From: Paraspadella gotoi
Lineage: Eukaryota > Animalia > Chaetognatha
DNA length: 64,000 bases
Assembly (NCBI GenBank): GCA_051294375.1
Contig: CM119264.1
Coordinates: forward strand, 9,422,764-9,486,763
Direction of reading: 5' to 3'
Positions 14,187-32,100 of this stretch are shown one piece after another (the stretch's first letter is position 1; each line of letters opens with the position of its first letter). A model generated the notes under the pieces. It saw only the letters and a list, made by a program, of their open reading frames with translations, did no database searches and was not told the DNA's origin. A program made the position numbers and the translations under genes.

Positions 14187-16186
14187 TTTTTCTTTCTTTC
14201 TTTCTTTCTTTCTTTCTTTCCTTCTTTCTTTCTTTTTTTTTCTTTCTCACACAGCCCTTTAAGCCTCGGCTCGCTTTCTTTTTTTCCCCATTATTTCTTT
14301 TTTTCTGCGCTATTCTTGCCTCCCACTTTTTTTATTTCATCCTTCCCGATTTATTATTGTTAACTGATCTCATCTTTCTTCAATTTTTTCACATTTCCAA
14401 CATTTTTTTTGGTTCTTTTATTCAATTTCTCTTCTTTCCTCCGTTTTTTCCCATTTTTTCTCAACTTTTTTTTTCTCGCCAAAGCTTCCGCATTTTTTTT
14501 TATATCCTTATAGTATATTAACTTTTCGCTGTAATCTTCTTCTTCCTCCCCTTCTTCCTCTTTCTTCCCTCTCTCCTCTTCTGTTGGATTATGTAAAAAA
14601 AAAACGGAAGAGGGCATCGTCGACTCCATAAATCAATTGATGTCATCGTCGCGACGTCGAAAACAAAAGGGAAAAAGACGACGATGAATTTTCTTTAGCT
14701 TCCGAATCTAAAAAAAAAGAGGAAAAATAGAGCGTCATACTTATAGAATATTTAAACTGATGAGATTTGTTTTTGTTTTTTGTTTTTTTAGTTTTTACTT
14801 TTTTATGTTTCTTCATATTGAAATTGAAAAAGTCTCGACAAAAAAAAAAAACCGACGAGAGACAAAATAAAAAAAATATTAATCTTAAAACCATAAAAAT
14901 TAATGAACACGTTATACTAGCTAGCCTTTTTCAGCGAATGACAATAATAATACCAAATTTTTTGCCTAGAAATTGACATTTCTAAAATTTTGGGTTTTTT
15001 ATTTCGGTCAAAGGCTGAGACAGAGATATAAAGGTATTTAATATGACTGACATATCAGGGGACGCCGTTACGGGGAAGATGCAAAGTTGCCATTTTGGAT
15101 TTCGCAGCCGCAACGGACAAAGAAGACGTCATTTTCGAGGGAAGCAACTGCGTGAATCAATCGTCCGAGAGAGATCGAAATATATTATGAAGATAAAAAC
15201 CGATTGAACTGATCGATCGACCGACAGAAAAGAAACTAATTGTATTGTTTCAATGTTTTGAAATATTTTTGACACTATACATGGGCCGACATGATGCGTG
15301 TATACAAATACTTTAAACAATTAAATACTCGCGAAGAAAATCAATTAGTTACTCTTCTGACGGTTCATCGATCTGTCGGTCCTTACGTCCTTCTGTCCCA
15401 GTTCCGATTTAAATGCGAAATTGCTCATGACTGGGGGAAGTAATTCATCAATTAAGTTTATATTTGGTAGGAAGGTATGTTACCATAAGTCCTTTAATTT
15501 ACATATGTATCATACTTGTACAATGTGCAGTCACGTAATTATCTAAAATATCACATGACCAGAAATTCAATGCGGCATAATAAATGAAATATTGAGTTAT
15601 TTTAGATAATACCTGGCAGGCTGGTAAGAAAATGCTTCTTTTTAATGTTTTACACTTTTAAAAATTCTGTAATATAATCAGAAAGACAACGCGGTATAGT
15701 TCGTGTAATTCTTGAAAATTTCAGAAATGAATGATGTTCAATCTTTAAATCAGCATTATTTCAATAGTTTTGCTTTAGAGTTGAAAATACATTACTTCTG
15801 CTATCCAAAGTCAGGGTTAAATTTGATATGTATTCAATGAATAGATAATTATCATATTAATTGTACAAATTTCATGACAGTCACCTACTATAGTATTCCT
15901 TATCTTAGAGTTAAGGGAGTTGTCTGGGGCAAAGTAGCTAATTAAAAAATATCTACAGGTGTATTCCAGATGTAGAAACGTGTTAAATGTATTTGGGATT
16001 CGTTGAAAAAAAAAAACAATTGCCCATGTACATTCCATAGTGATTCAAATCATCGACAACCATGATTATTCTCATCGGTGTTCGCGACAAAAATACCATT
16101 TCAGTATAACACGTTCAAGAAAGATCATTTTTTTTTATAGAAAATCAACAGTTTATACACAGAGTCAATTGCAGAAAATAGAAAAT

Positions 16187-17957
16187 TCATTGGAATTGAT
16201 CGCCTTCTTGAAGCTCGAGTTCCTCCGTCCTTAAGTTGGTCTCAACTCCATGATTTCCTTTGAAGACTCCATGGATTCTGAGGGATAAAGTTTTGTACAA
16301 CTTTAAAATAAAAAAAGAAAATAATATCCTTCAAAAATATTGTTTTATCCCTTCCCGTTGAGTAATTTTTTTTTTTTTAAACTAACAATAGTTTGTAATT
16401 AACTCCTTTACCTTCTTTGTTAGCTTTATTATCAATTCCATTTAAATTGACTTAACATTTTATTGACTAGACTTAGCTACGACTATTAATTTAGTTTTAT
16501 AATTACAAAGTAATTTATTATTTTTAACGTTTTCCGAAAATTTCAACTTGATAATTTTAATACCATCCTCAATGCCATTTACAATAGTACAAAAGGTTTC
16601 TTATAACGAAGAAATGGGTAAATGCTCACTTGAAGCGCAGGGAGTCTCCCTCCCTGACAAATTCGTCTCCTTCCAAATCACCGACGACTGGAAAATAAAG
16701 TTTCTTTTGGAGCAAAGTCTCCAAGCAAACGACCACGTTTCCGGTGATGGTCACTTCCGCTTCCCACGGAATTTCTACCACTTCGTCATATATGGTGAAG
16801 ATGGCCTGTTTTTTGGAGAAAAAAAAATTAACAAAAATAGTAAAACAGTTAAATTTTTATTCGGATTTTAGCAATTTAAAATATTTTTTCTGTTTTTGTT
16901 ACTACTTACATGAAAATGTTTATTAAATTTCAATTTAGAATGACACATCAAAATTAATTTTTTCCGCGAAACATGTAATTGATTAATTAATTATGGTTAT
17001 TCGATAGCTCGATTAAAATATTCAATTATTGGTTCTAATATTTATACTAATCTTACAGAAATAGTATAACAATTTTTTAAAAAAATATTATTATCATTAA
17101 TAATAATATTATTATCATTTTTCTACCTTGAGTGACTTTTGAGGCGGGATCGGAATTTCGTTCTCGATCGTGTAGGACTCCTCTTTTTCTTCCGATTGCT
17201 CCTCGTTCGTATCCACGGACAACGAGGTCTCAAAGTTGACCCCAAATTCTCCGAAACAAGACGGGATTTTCGGCTTGAATTCCAAACCCATTCCCACGCT
17301 GAGGCCTGAAAAGTGAGAGTATTTTAAATGTCTTTACACGTACATAACTGCTTCCTTGAGATGCGCATAGGACAATGGACGTACAGTACGTCGTACACTG
17401 AAATTACTGTCAAAAAAGGCAGATTCATTACTTTTATTGAGTGTCCAATTAAAGCTAGACTTTTGAGTTTTCGTGTGACTAAACTTTCCAGTCAAGACTT
17501 GGCTCCCACCATTGTGGAAAACTTGTTCAAACGTGTATCCCGGCTTCTTCTCGTCGACTATAGGATCCAGGTAAGTAATTTTTCCGATCACAATTTCGAC
17601 CTGAGACATTGAAGAAAAATAAAGATGTCAGCACAATAAGATAGTTTTATTTTCATAGAAAATTAAAAAAAAAAAACCTGTTTTCTTTGTCTCACCCGAT
17701 TCTCAGAATTCTCGTTCCGCTCGTCCTTTCCGTAAGCGTCAACCCACTTCACTTTCTTGTTTTTCCCCTTGGCAAAGTTTTCGGCCCAGTTTTGAAAGTG
17801 GACATCGAAATCCGAAAGCTTCTTGTCTTCAGCTATTAAAGTTAAGCAAATTTAAAAGATAACGATAAAGCAAAGATTTAAAAAATAAGATATTTAGGTA
17901 CTATCCAAAATTGTTATCGTTACATGATGCGTCAGGTTGAAGATCGTCCTGCGACAT
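16187..17957 (-). CDS. Aerolysin-like ETX/MTX2-family beta-pore-forming protein, 6 exons, 261 aa
   Basis: Exons 17957-17924, 17832-17696, 17600-17432, 17305-17127, 16805-16630, 16277-16187. All introns are GT-AG and phase-compatible; total 786 nt, ATG to TGA, no internal stops. Protein: MSQDDLQPDASSEDKKLSDFDVHFQNWAENFAKGKNKKVKWVDAYG...YTFEQVFHNGGSQVLTGKFSHTKTQKSSFNWTLNKSLSVGMGLEFKPKIPSCFGEFGVNFETSLSVDTNEEQSEEKEESYTIENEIPIPPQKSLKAIFTIYDEVVEIPWEAEVTITGNV...FKIHGVFKGNHGVETNLRTEELEL. The F-x-N strand, S/T-rich alternating strands, amphipathic hairpin, I-PP-x-S-x-K, 'IPW-x-A-x-V-x-I-x-G' and terminal G-x-F-x-G match the aerolysin/ETX-MTX2 core. Confidence 0.88.
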
Positions 17958-18025
17958 ATTTTCTCAATGAAATGCAGTTGAGCTTCTCGTAGACACCCGG
18001 TTGGTCAGATCTGGCGATACAGCGG

Positions 18026-18560
18026 GTTTAAAATATAAATAGCAATAACGAAATAACAAAATAAGAGCAATAACAAAAAAAGTTTAAAAAAAAAATATTT
18101 TCGCTGCTTTGTAAGGGGAACAGAACCTACAATATATTGAATGATAGTAGCTGATAGGATCCTCATCGTCGACATGAAAAAAAAAAAATCAAAGCGCAAG
18201 AGCTGACTGAGGAAGGAGTTAGTCAACTCGTCTTTATGTATGCTTTGGTCGTTGAGTTTCGCAAACTGAAAAAGACCGCTGATTGGTTGAGATAATCGTC
18301 CGCTTTGACTTCTTTGAATTCTAAGAAAGACTCGACAAGTTCCTAAATAAACTCTTTTTTTGAATCAAAAGAATTGTGTAATAACGAGATTCTGAGAAAG
18401 ACTAGACAAGTTTCTAAAAATAGACTCTTTCATTTAATGAGAAGAATTGTTTCGCAAGTTTCGCAAACTGAAAAAAGACCGCTGATTGGTTGAGATAATC
18501 GTGCGATTTGACAAAGCCTTTGTGATTACTTCGAATTCTAAGAAAGACTCGACAAGTTCC
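18026..18560 (-). promoter_or_regulatory. Putative promoter of the pore-forming gene: TATA-like tract plus a duplicated CCAAT-containing module
   Basis: Minus strand tatttatattttaaa at about 18027-18041, about 70 nt before the ATG. Two copies of gtttcgcaaactgaaaaagaccgctgattggttgagataatcgt...aattctaagaaagactcgacaagttcc at about 18257-18342 and 18458-18560 (CCAAT on the minus strand). Confidence 0.35.
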
Positions 18561-18579
18561 AAAATTTCAGTAGGAATCG

Positions 18580-19051
18580 GTAATTAATTAATTATTTAAT
18601 AATTAATTGATTGATTGACTGATTAATTAATTATTGATTAATTAATTAACTAATTAATTGATTAACTGATTAATGATTTGATTATTTAATAAATATCGCA
18701 TTTACATTTAATATAAAAAGAAAAAGAAGCATAATCAATTTCATTTAAACTCATTTGGACTCGGACGATTCCATCGAAACTTCATATCCAGCTCAATCAC
18801 ACACTTCCCTACCCACACACTAAATTTCATTCTAATCCATCCATCCAATCACGAGTAATTGTTTTGTGCTAAGGTGGGACGGACGGACAGACAGACGGAC
18901 AGATAGACAGACGGACGGACGGATATCATTTTTTTTTGCATAATTTATCATAATTCGATGTTCTGACATAATATAAGTGAATCCCCGACAAGATTGAGGG
19001 GGCGGACCGACGGACCGACAAAGTGAATTATAGAGTCGGGATCTGCTGATA
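18580..19051 (+). mobile_element. Helentron/DINE-1-like non-autonomous element (GACG/GACA microsatellite, subterminal hairpin)
   Basis: Matches about 35060-35437. Contains ggacggacggacagacagacggac and ends aagtgaattatagagtcgggatctgct, where the hairpin is truncated. Confidence 0.55.
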
Positions 19052-19692
19052 GTATTCTATGGAACGATTCTACTATACATTTTTATGTGTATATTGATAT
19101 GTATATAAAATTTAAAAATATTACTCCATCTTAAAACTTTTCACTTCTTTTCTTTGAAAAAGTCCAACTGCTCCTCTCTTTCGGTAGCCAAAAAAAAAGT
19201 CAGGGGAAAAGTTAATTTGATTTTATTAGGTTTCTTTGGATGTTTCACTTCTGCGCAGAAGTTTTCGTCATTGTCGATATCGTTGTTGTTGTTGTCGCAA
19301 TAGGCCACGGTACCGAGAAGAATGCAACGTTGGTTGAATTAGCTTTGCCCTATTTTTCAGCTTAAAACCACTACTAAAATATGTTAACATTCTTTATCAG
19401 TATCAGAAGGTTATTAAGAATAGGAATAACTAGTATTCTTGGTCGGGAAACCGTGCACTCAAGCCCAGTCGATTAGAGTGCTGCAAGCAACAATTGTAGC
19501 ATACCCGAAACCAACAATATGCTGGTACGCAAATACACCTCATATACACTTGGCTTATTTTTTTATTCATTTCTCGATCTCGTTTTTCTTCAATAAAATT
19601 GTATCTTAAGTTGGACATGGATGCATATGTATAATTGTATTTCTTATGATGATTTCTTTTGATAATTACTTGATTGATAGTAATTAACCTTT

Positions 19693-19759
<67 letters not shown>

Positions 19760-20044
19760 GTTCCCACCCTTTAGCCTCAGTCTTTCATCAGTTTCATCAC
19801 CATAAAGAAAAAAAAGCGTCTGTGGTTCTTTGAAAAGGATCATCATCGAAATGGTTTCTCTTTCTCTCTGCAAAATTGTTTTCTCGTTTTTAGAATTTTT
19901 TTCCTTCTCCGTTTCTTTTTTTTTTGTGTTGATGACAAACATGTAATTTATGAAACGGAAATCATAAACTTTTTCATCAAGGAACAAAAAAATATTCATC
20001 TAAATTTCTTTCTCTCTCTCTGTCTTTCTCAGTCTCTCTCTGTC

Positions 20045-20100
<56 letters not shown>

Positions 20101-21036
20101 CCCTTCTTACCTTCTCCGTCTTTCCTATTACTTCAAGGTTCATAAATCTCGCCCAACTTGGAGCGATAAAAGGAAAGTTAATTGTACTAAATTGCATTAA
20201 AAAAGAGATATAAATGGAGAAAGGAGAAAATCGGAGAGTAAGCGAGTGAGCGACGTGACGAAGCTGAGAGCAGACTAGAGTTGAAAGGTTTTTTTAAAAT
20301 TGACCGACTTACCCAACGATAAATCGCAGAAACTGAAAGATCAATCTGAAAAGGGACTCCCTGTTTATTTCCTAACCTCTTACATATGAAATTGGTACAA
20401 CCAATATAAAAATTATCCATTAATTTAATAAATAAGCTATTTTGCCCATGACTAAATTACATAAAATTCTAACTCGTTTATCACAAGATCGTTTAATTTC
20501 AAACCCTCCATTTTTTGAATATTCTTTCTCTAATTCTTTTTTTTTAGTTTCTTTGTTTCTTTGTTTCTTTGTTTCTGTCCTTTCATTCTGTCTTTCCTCT
20601 TTCCTACTTTTAATATTGAAAGTATCCCTTTCCATTTGTTACTTGTCTAATTTCAAGTTCCTACTTTCCTTTCGTCTCAGTTGTTTCCTACCCTCCGTTC
20701 CAGATTCTAGCCCCACCTGTCTGCCGGAAAAAAAAAAAAATTAAAAAGAGGGAATTATTTGCTTTGAAAGCTTAAGTTAATCCTTTTAATTTTTCGCGTC
20801 TCTCCTCAGCTGTTTTCCTTTCCTTTCTCATTTTCGAGTTGATCCTCAGGAATTAAGCCGAAGAGATTCTACTCTTTCCACTCGTCATTAACTTTCTAAA
20901 AATCTCTCGAGAGATTCGCGCGTCCAGACGAAAAAAAATACCGTCTAAATATAGTTTTCTTGTAAAGAGTAATATTTCAACTTAAATACACTCGTTTTAG
21001 CACAGTGATTTTACTGATTTCTTTCTCGTTCCACAG

Positions 21037-24691
<3,655 letters not shown>

Positions 24692-24809
24692 TGATCTCCC
24701 ATAATCCCCAGTTGTGTCCGTCGCTAGAAAAGTCGTCTGCTCTCGTTACTCCGTTTTTTTTTATAAAACTGTGTTTTTTTTTGGTTACTAGTTTTTGTGT
24801 TGAATTTAA

Positions 24810-24896
24810 ATTGAATTGAATTGAATTGAATTGAATTGAATTGAATTGAATTGAATTGAATTGAATTGAATTGATTTGAATTGAATTGAATTGAAT
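24810..24896. repeat. (TTGAA)n microsatellite in the presumed Gfrl 3' UTR
   Basis: Directly visible. Confidence 0.9.
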
Positions 24897-25841
24897 TTAA
24901 ATCCGGGTACAAAAAAGTTGTCATGATCATATTAATTTTATTTTCGTTCATCAAAAAAATAAAGATTTTCCTGTTAGTTTATCACGCGTTGCGATATAAC
25001 TTTTGTTTTTAAAAAAGAATAAGAAAAAAAAAAAACCAAAAAGGATACTATGTAATAGGACGGACGCCTAGAAAGGGTCAGTCATTGGAATCGAATTGGT
25101 GCTAAAAGTGTGATGCGGTTGTTTTTAAGTCATTTGCCCATTGGCGTTTCGATCGCCACCTCGCGTTTTTTTTTACCCAAAGGTGTCTCGTCGATTTACA
25201 GTGTTTACCTTTATCATTATGCCGTTTATACAGAAACATATCAGACGCGACAGAGTAAAAACCAATTTGGCTTCAACCCCATGGTATATATCTCTCTCTC
25301 TCTTTTTTCGTGAAATACCCAAACTTCGTTTTCAATTGGCGCATTCGGAAATCAAAAAGATTATTAGATATATCTAAGGGAATATTAAAGGCTATTATCA
25401 AAAGTTTATTTGAATTTAAATCTATTTAGATTTGTTTTTAATTCGTTTTTAAAACTTGGATATTTTTGGTCATTTAATTCATTCGGTCCTAAAGAAAACT
25501 TCAAAATGTTTATTTATATTATTACGCATTATATTATATTTGTATAAATGTGTAAATAAAATGTTTTTATGTTGAAACTATTCTTTTTTTTTATCTCGCA
25601 ATTATTGTAAAAACTAGTATAAAATGAATTGTTGAAGAGACATCACATCCACGATAATTTTAAATTAGCTTTAGGCAATTTGTTGTGGCATTTACAAGTG
25701 CACTTTAATTTTTTTTTTGCCAATACCATTTCTATTCAAATGGACAAAAAAATAATTAAAATTCACTTGTAAATCCCTCAACGAATAGCTTCGTACTTTT
25801 ATCAAAATTATCTATTTCCTGAAATAGAGAGAAAAATAAGC

Positions 25842-25933
<92 letters not shown>

Positions 25934-26155
25934 AGGAAATGATGAATAGAAACCTAATTATTTTGCGGTTATTTGATTTCAATAAACCGTGACTGAACAT
26001 AACTATTTATACCAATAATACCACATTTGACGACAGTTTTCTAAAGAAAAATCAAAGAAGCCAAGAAAAATTTTATTAACAAAAACAATACGGGGTAAAA
26101 TTGATAAAGAAAAACCTAAAACAATAACAATGTAATTGTAAAAGATATAATTGCA

Positions 26156-29100
26156 TTAGACAACTGTGTGTCTTTCCAATGTGATCGTCGACGCTCTCAA
26201 AGCATCAGCCATGGCCTCCAAGTTGCCAGACACCTTCCGATCTGTGGTCAGATGTAATTCGTCATTAAAAATTAAAAATATATATATGAAAAAGAAAAAA
26301 AGCAACAACCGAATAGGAAAGTACAGTAGCTGCTTTATGAAATTGGTACAACCAATATAAAAATTATCCATTCATTTAGTAAATAAGCTATCTTGACCCC
26401 TGACTTTGGACAAGCTTTGGTAGTTTAAGGCCTCCATCACTCTTACAAGATAATGACATATCAAGCTTTCAATCAAGACTCTCTCACAGTCTCGTTTATT
26501 CACTCTCAAAGTACTTGGCTTACCTATCTATGAAGTGGTATAATATTTCAAATAATGTTTCAATTGTATGAAAAGATCACTCCCTTAAGTATTAGTATTA
26601 GATTACTCCGCCCAGCATCAAAATACAAGGTGCTGTATTTTATAAAATTGGTACAACCAATATAAAAATTATCCATTAATTTAATAAATAAGCTATCTTG
26701 CACCTGACTTAGAACAATGGACAGTAAGGCGTAGTAAAATTCCTAAATTTAACTTTAATTAAAATTCTAAAAGTGAAGAACGAACAACATTATACTAATG
26801 AACATTTATGTCATAAAAAAATTTATAATAAATTTACAATTTACGCAGTAAGCCATATTTATAATAGTACTAAACCAATAAAGGTTAAAATTTCAAAACA
26901 GTTTTTTCTAAGATTTTTTTGCAGATTTGGATTCGTCATAAAAAGTTGATAAAAAGAAATATAACTCTTTTTGAAAAATTCCTTCATTAAGTGGGTCAAA
27001 AATTATAAAAAGCTATATTTTAAGCTAAAAATTTACTTTTTAATTTTATATATTAAATATAGTTTTTTTAATTTTTAACCCACTTAATGAAAGAATTTTT
27101 AAAAATGATTTATATTTTCTTTTATCAACTTTTGACGAGGAATTCAAATCTGCAATCAAAATTAAGAAAAGCCTATTTTGAAATTTTTCGATTTTATAAG
27201 GATAGTACTATATACAAATATAGCCTACTGCGAAAATTAAAAAACATAAAATTAGTCTTTTTTACAAATTAATATTCACTAATGGTATATTGTTCACAAT
27301 TGACTTTTAGAATTTTCCTATGTAACTTTCACTACGCCTTCGTTGGTTTAAGGCCTCCATCACTCTTACTTTATATACGTTTTCTAAATCAAAATACCAT
27401 TTGTTTCCTCGAGAGACTTTTCATTGTCCTGTCCTCCATCAGGACGTCGAGAGATAGCAAACCAAGCAAGGCATTGAGACATCAAAGAACAAAAGGACAA
27501 TCCTATTTGCAACCCAAAATAGCGGATTCTGAAGGAGATTTAGTTAACATTTTGTAATATTAAATCTTATTCAGTAAACGCTGGTGTTTTTATTTTACCT
27601 GAATTGATAATTGTCATAGATTTTACACGCTCCTTTGAATCCGCATTTTTCGCCCCACTGAGTTCAAAAAGATAAAATAAAATTGAGTAATCACAGTTTT
27701 TGCTCTCTTGCTAAAAAAGATTCAAAATTAAATTTTAATGAATCTTAATCCGTCTGAAATTTACATAATTTCATGATTTAATGTTGCAATTAAAATTTTA
27801 TTAACGATGAACGTTTAACCTGGAGACAAGTGGAATCAATGAGAATTCCGTGATACATCGGCGAAGGCATAAATCCAATAGTACGAATAATCAAGTTGAT
27901 TAACCCGATGCTGTATGATTTTGCTTTGGGATTCACCGACCTAAGGTGTGAATTAAGCAACGAAAAGAATTAAAGTTTTTTCTCTATTTCATATCATTTC
28001 AATTCAATTTAAAATTCAATTTCAATTTCATTTTAAATTAGAATTAGTTTTAATTAATTCTCTCACCTCATGAAAATGATGTAGATGGGTGAGGAGCACA
28101 TCGACTCGATGAGTCCGCCGATGAAAGTGGCGACGCCGAAGCCAACGAGGTTGCGGAAGCAGGCACTCTCGGACGGACAGATGCTCTCGAAGGCCTCGCC
28201 GTCCTCGACCAGCGCCGTCAGAGCGCCATCCTCGAAGGCCTTCGAATCGACGACGCAATTGCAGTCCGTGTATATCTGAAAAACGCAGAAATTGAAAAAT
28301 CCAATTTTCAAATGTGTCTGTCGTTGAATTATGTTAATATCGTTTTTGTTATTATTAAAAAAAAATGAGAAAATCCAAAAATATTATACAAATATTATTT
28401 TTCTTGAAAGATTTGCTCAACAACAGAAATACTCGTATCTTGGATTTATGCAACTTAGTTTAAGTAATAATAGGATTTTACGTTGATCGTTTGATTGTCG
28501 TCTTCTTTTCCGGAAAAGGCCGAACGCGAACCGGAGCATCCGGCATGACAGGGAGAGTAATACCGAATCCCATCGGCACCGCAGATCGGAAGGTATTGTT
28601 CCCGAGAACAGTCGCAATTTCGGTTGCACGACCTGGTAATCAATCGATAATTGATAGTTTTTATTTGATTGATATCAAGACTAATAAATATTGATTTATT
28701 GACTTATTGTTTTTTCTCGTACTTATTTATTGCTTCATAAATCGACTGAAAGATTTACTGATAAGTAAATTGATTAGATATCGCTGCTCTTTTTTTTTTT
28801 TTCTCAATTTGCTTGACTGACCCGATGAACTCATTCATCTCTTCTCCAATCACGTATGGTTGATTGACTCCGGCAGATGGCGGAGTGTCGCAGCCGAGAA
28901 AAAAGAAAGCGATGATCATGGAGACGCCGATCGCTTTTGCCGTCACTGCAAAACGGATCGCCTTTTTGAATGAAAAACAAAACCATCATTGCTAAAAAAA
29001 AGAATCTAAATATAAAAAATAAAGTCCCATAGCCAGGGCAATGAGGAAGATGAAACGAATTTAAGACTGATAGAACTATGTTTAAAATTAGATTTAACCG

Positions 29101-32100
29101 CACCAGATTCAAAATTTGTTAATATTTATTCCACGAGAATAGTTTTTACTTTTTTAAATCGAGATGAATTATCTGTTACCTGAATGGAGGAGAAATTAAA
29201 CCTTTTCATGACGACACCGCCAACCAGAATTCCGATGCAAACGCAAGGAACTCCAATCGTCCCTGAACAATAACAAACAGCGGAGGATCAAGGGCATAAC
29301 AACAACAACAATAACGACAACAACAATCCTAACCTATGAAGAGATTTGCCTTTGACGCCGAGATGGAAAACTGGTTCTGCAGATACTTGGCCATGAAAGT
29401 GGCGATTCCGGCGATGACGGCCATGTGGAACATCGCTTGAAGGGCCACTCCGACCACCACAGGATTCGTGATCACGTTCAAAGTGACGCGAGGGAATTCT
29501 TGAGTCGACGAAGAAAAAAATTCGTTTCGTCGCTCCGGCGATTTGTATCTCACTCGTAGCAACTTTCGACCTTACCCTTGACCAGCTTTTTCAGGGAAAC
29601 TTCCTCTTCTAGTTCATCCTTCAACTTTAGGTCATCGTTGTTATTGTTATCGTTGTTGTCGCTAAGCATCGGGGTTTTGGCCACAGTATCCGATTCCTTT
29701 GGATTGGGGGAGCGGAAGGGGGCAGAGGAACTTACGGAATAAAAAGGCAGATTTGGCCAACGGCGGTTATAACTTTTGAAGAGGTGGAAAAGTTCTTCAA
29801 TTGGAAGAGATATTCAGGAAGACATCTTAACTATAAATATGTCATAAAATTATATCATTTCAAATCTTATCAAATCATATCATATCATATGAAATAATAT
29901 CATTTCATTTGACCTTTTCGATTTCCATTTTCTTTGGGAAAAACCAAAATGGAATCGAAGCGACGAGAATCCAAATGGAGGCGATGAGAAATCCCATCCA
30001 CCAGGCGCCGACCCAGCGAGGATCGCCTGGCCTGATGCTGATTTCGTCTGGTATAAAAAATAACTAAAATCAGTTGAAATATTTTTCAATCAAGCATTCA
30101 ATCGAAAATCGATCAATAAATTACTTCAAACGATTAATTAATTGATTAATTAATCTCGCATTGACTTTTTATATCTCTACTCTACTATTAATCTACACGG
30201 TTCGACTCACCCGCTCCTTCTCGTCCTACGTCCACATAAATGGTGGTTGTGATGGAACCGAGGATGAACCCAAAGGCGGGACCGATCAAAGAGATGGCCA
30301 ATAGGATCGCTGCACTCAATACAAAAGAACAAAATAATTTTTTTGTCACTTTTTGTTTTCGTGAGGTAATTATAGGAACTCACCAACATAGAGAGCGCTG
30401 TCCTTTTTCTTGGAATTGTCATCGATGTAAGAGATTCCAAAAGGCTGTAAAGCGGAGCGCCGATGCATAACGAACTGTAATTAGATAAATAATGTTTATG
30501 ACACAATGAAAAATAACGTGGCGTTACTGTCTCGTGCTGATTTTGTCCCTTTAAAATTGTTTCTGAGCCAAATTAATTGATTATTACTTTTGGTAATATG
30601 TGCGATATACACTACTGGACATTACTATGTCTGACCATAACCCTTGACCAATCAACAAAAAAGCTAACTAGATCAAAAAAATAGTAAAAAAGAGAAGCAA
30701 TATAGCTCGAAACGCTTACAAAAATTTTAGACCATTGCTTTATAAATGCAAAAAAAATATTAATATTATTTAAACAAAACTTTAACAATAACTTAATAGT
30801 TAACCGAGACCAAGATGAATATTTTTTACCCATCAATTTCCTCAATTTATATGAATCATATGTTTGTAATTAGTCAATTAATCTAAATAACAATATGACA
30901 AATTCATTTTCAATTTTTTTTTATGAATGGGGAAGTTTTCTCTGCTTACTCCCCTTGTGTCTAATTATCTAATATTTTAGAGGTATTTCCAAAAACCTTA
31001 TATAATTACTATATTTTTCACTTTTTTTCTATTCTTTCAAACAAAAACAACATCATAAAACATTTTAAATTAATAAAAAAAAATTGATTGAATGATTTTG
31101 GAAAAAAATATTTTGAAACTTGAGAATAATGGATTTTGAGTTGGGAAAAAAATTTTGCAATTCTAAAAAAATCAGCCTCTAGCCTTTCAATTTTTCTAGA
31201 GGCTGATTTTTTTATTTTTTTGATATTTTGATTTTTTATGCAAAACCATTATTCTCATGAGCATAGGTCGGAGGAAATTTTTTTCCAAACATTTGAAAAA
31301 ATTTCCACTTTTTTAATTAGGCTTTTTTTGGGGAATAAATAAATCAAATTATTATACGATGGGTACATCTGAAAGTGATATGTCTCTAAATGAAAAAAAA
31401 ATTTTCTTCCAGTTTTATTTTAAAATTCAAGTATTGTATCAATAGAAATAAGTGAGATACTCCCGCTTTGCCAAAATTTTTATTTAACAAAGATTTGTAC
31501 TGCGTAATTTGAAAAAAGTTATTTTTTTAAATAACTTTTGAAAGAAAAGAGCTAGCAAGATGGGTGTGGTATCAAATTAAAGCCCTAATCATGGGACACC
31601 TTTCTAAAAAAAGTTTTATTAAATTAAATCCATAAATCTTTACACAGCTTTTGTTTAAATCAGAGTTAAAAGTATAACAGTATTTTGCTTTTAAAAATTT
31701 TAATGAAGGCATATGAATTTTATTTTTCTTTTGTAATTTGAAAAAGGAAAGAATGAATTCCATTTAATTATTATTAATTTCTTTATTCCATAAAACTGCT
31801 TATATTTTTAAGTTAAAGTAAAAAACAAGCAAAAATTTATGTTTTAGCTTGATAAAATGTCTTTTAAATATCAAAAATGATAAATACAAAAATGTTTTCA
31901 GCTTGATATAAACAGTCTGGACATCTACCTTCTATCTGTGAAAAAAAATATGGAATTTTTTATTATCTTTAACTGCAAATTAAAAGCTTGACACACTGCT
32001 TGTTTATCAAATAAAGTTAAAAAATTATATAACTGGCAATATATTTGACAAAGCAAGACATCATTGTGTGATAATTTTTTTTTTAAATATAGCAAGGAAT

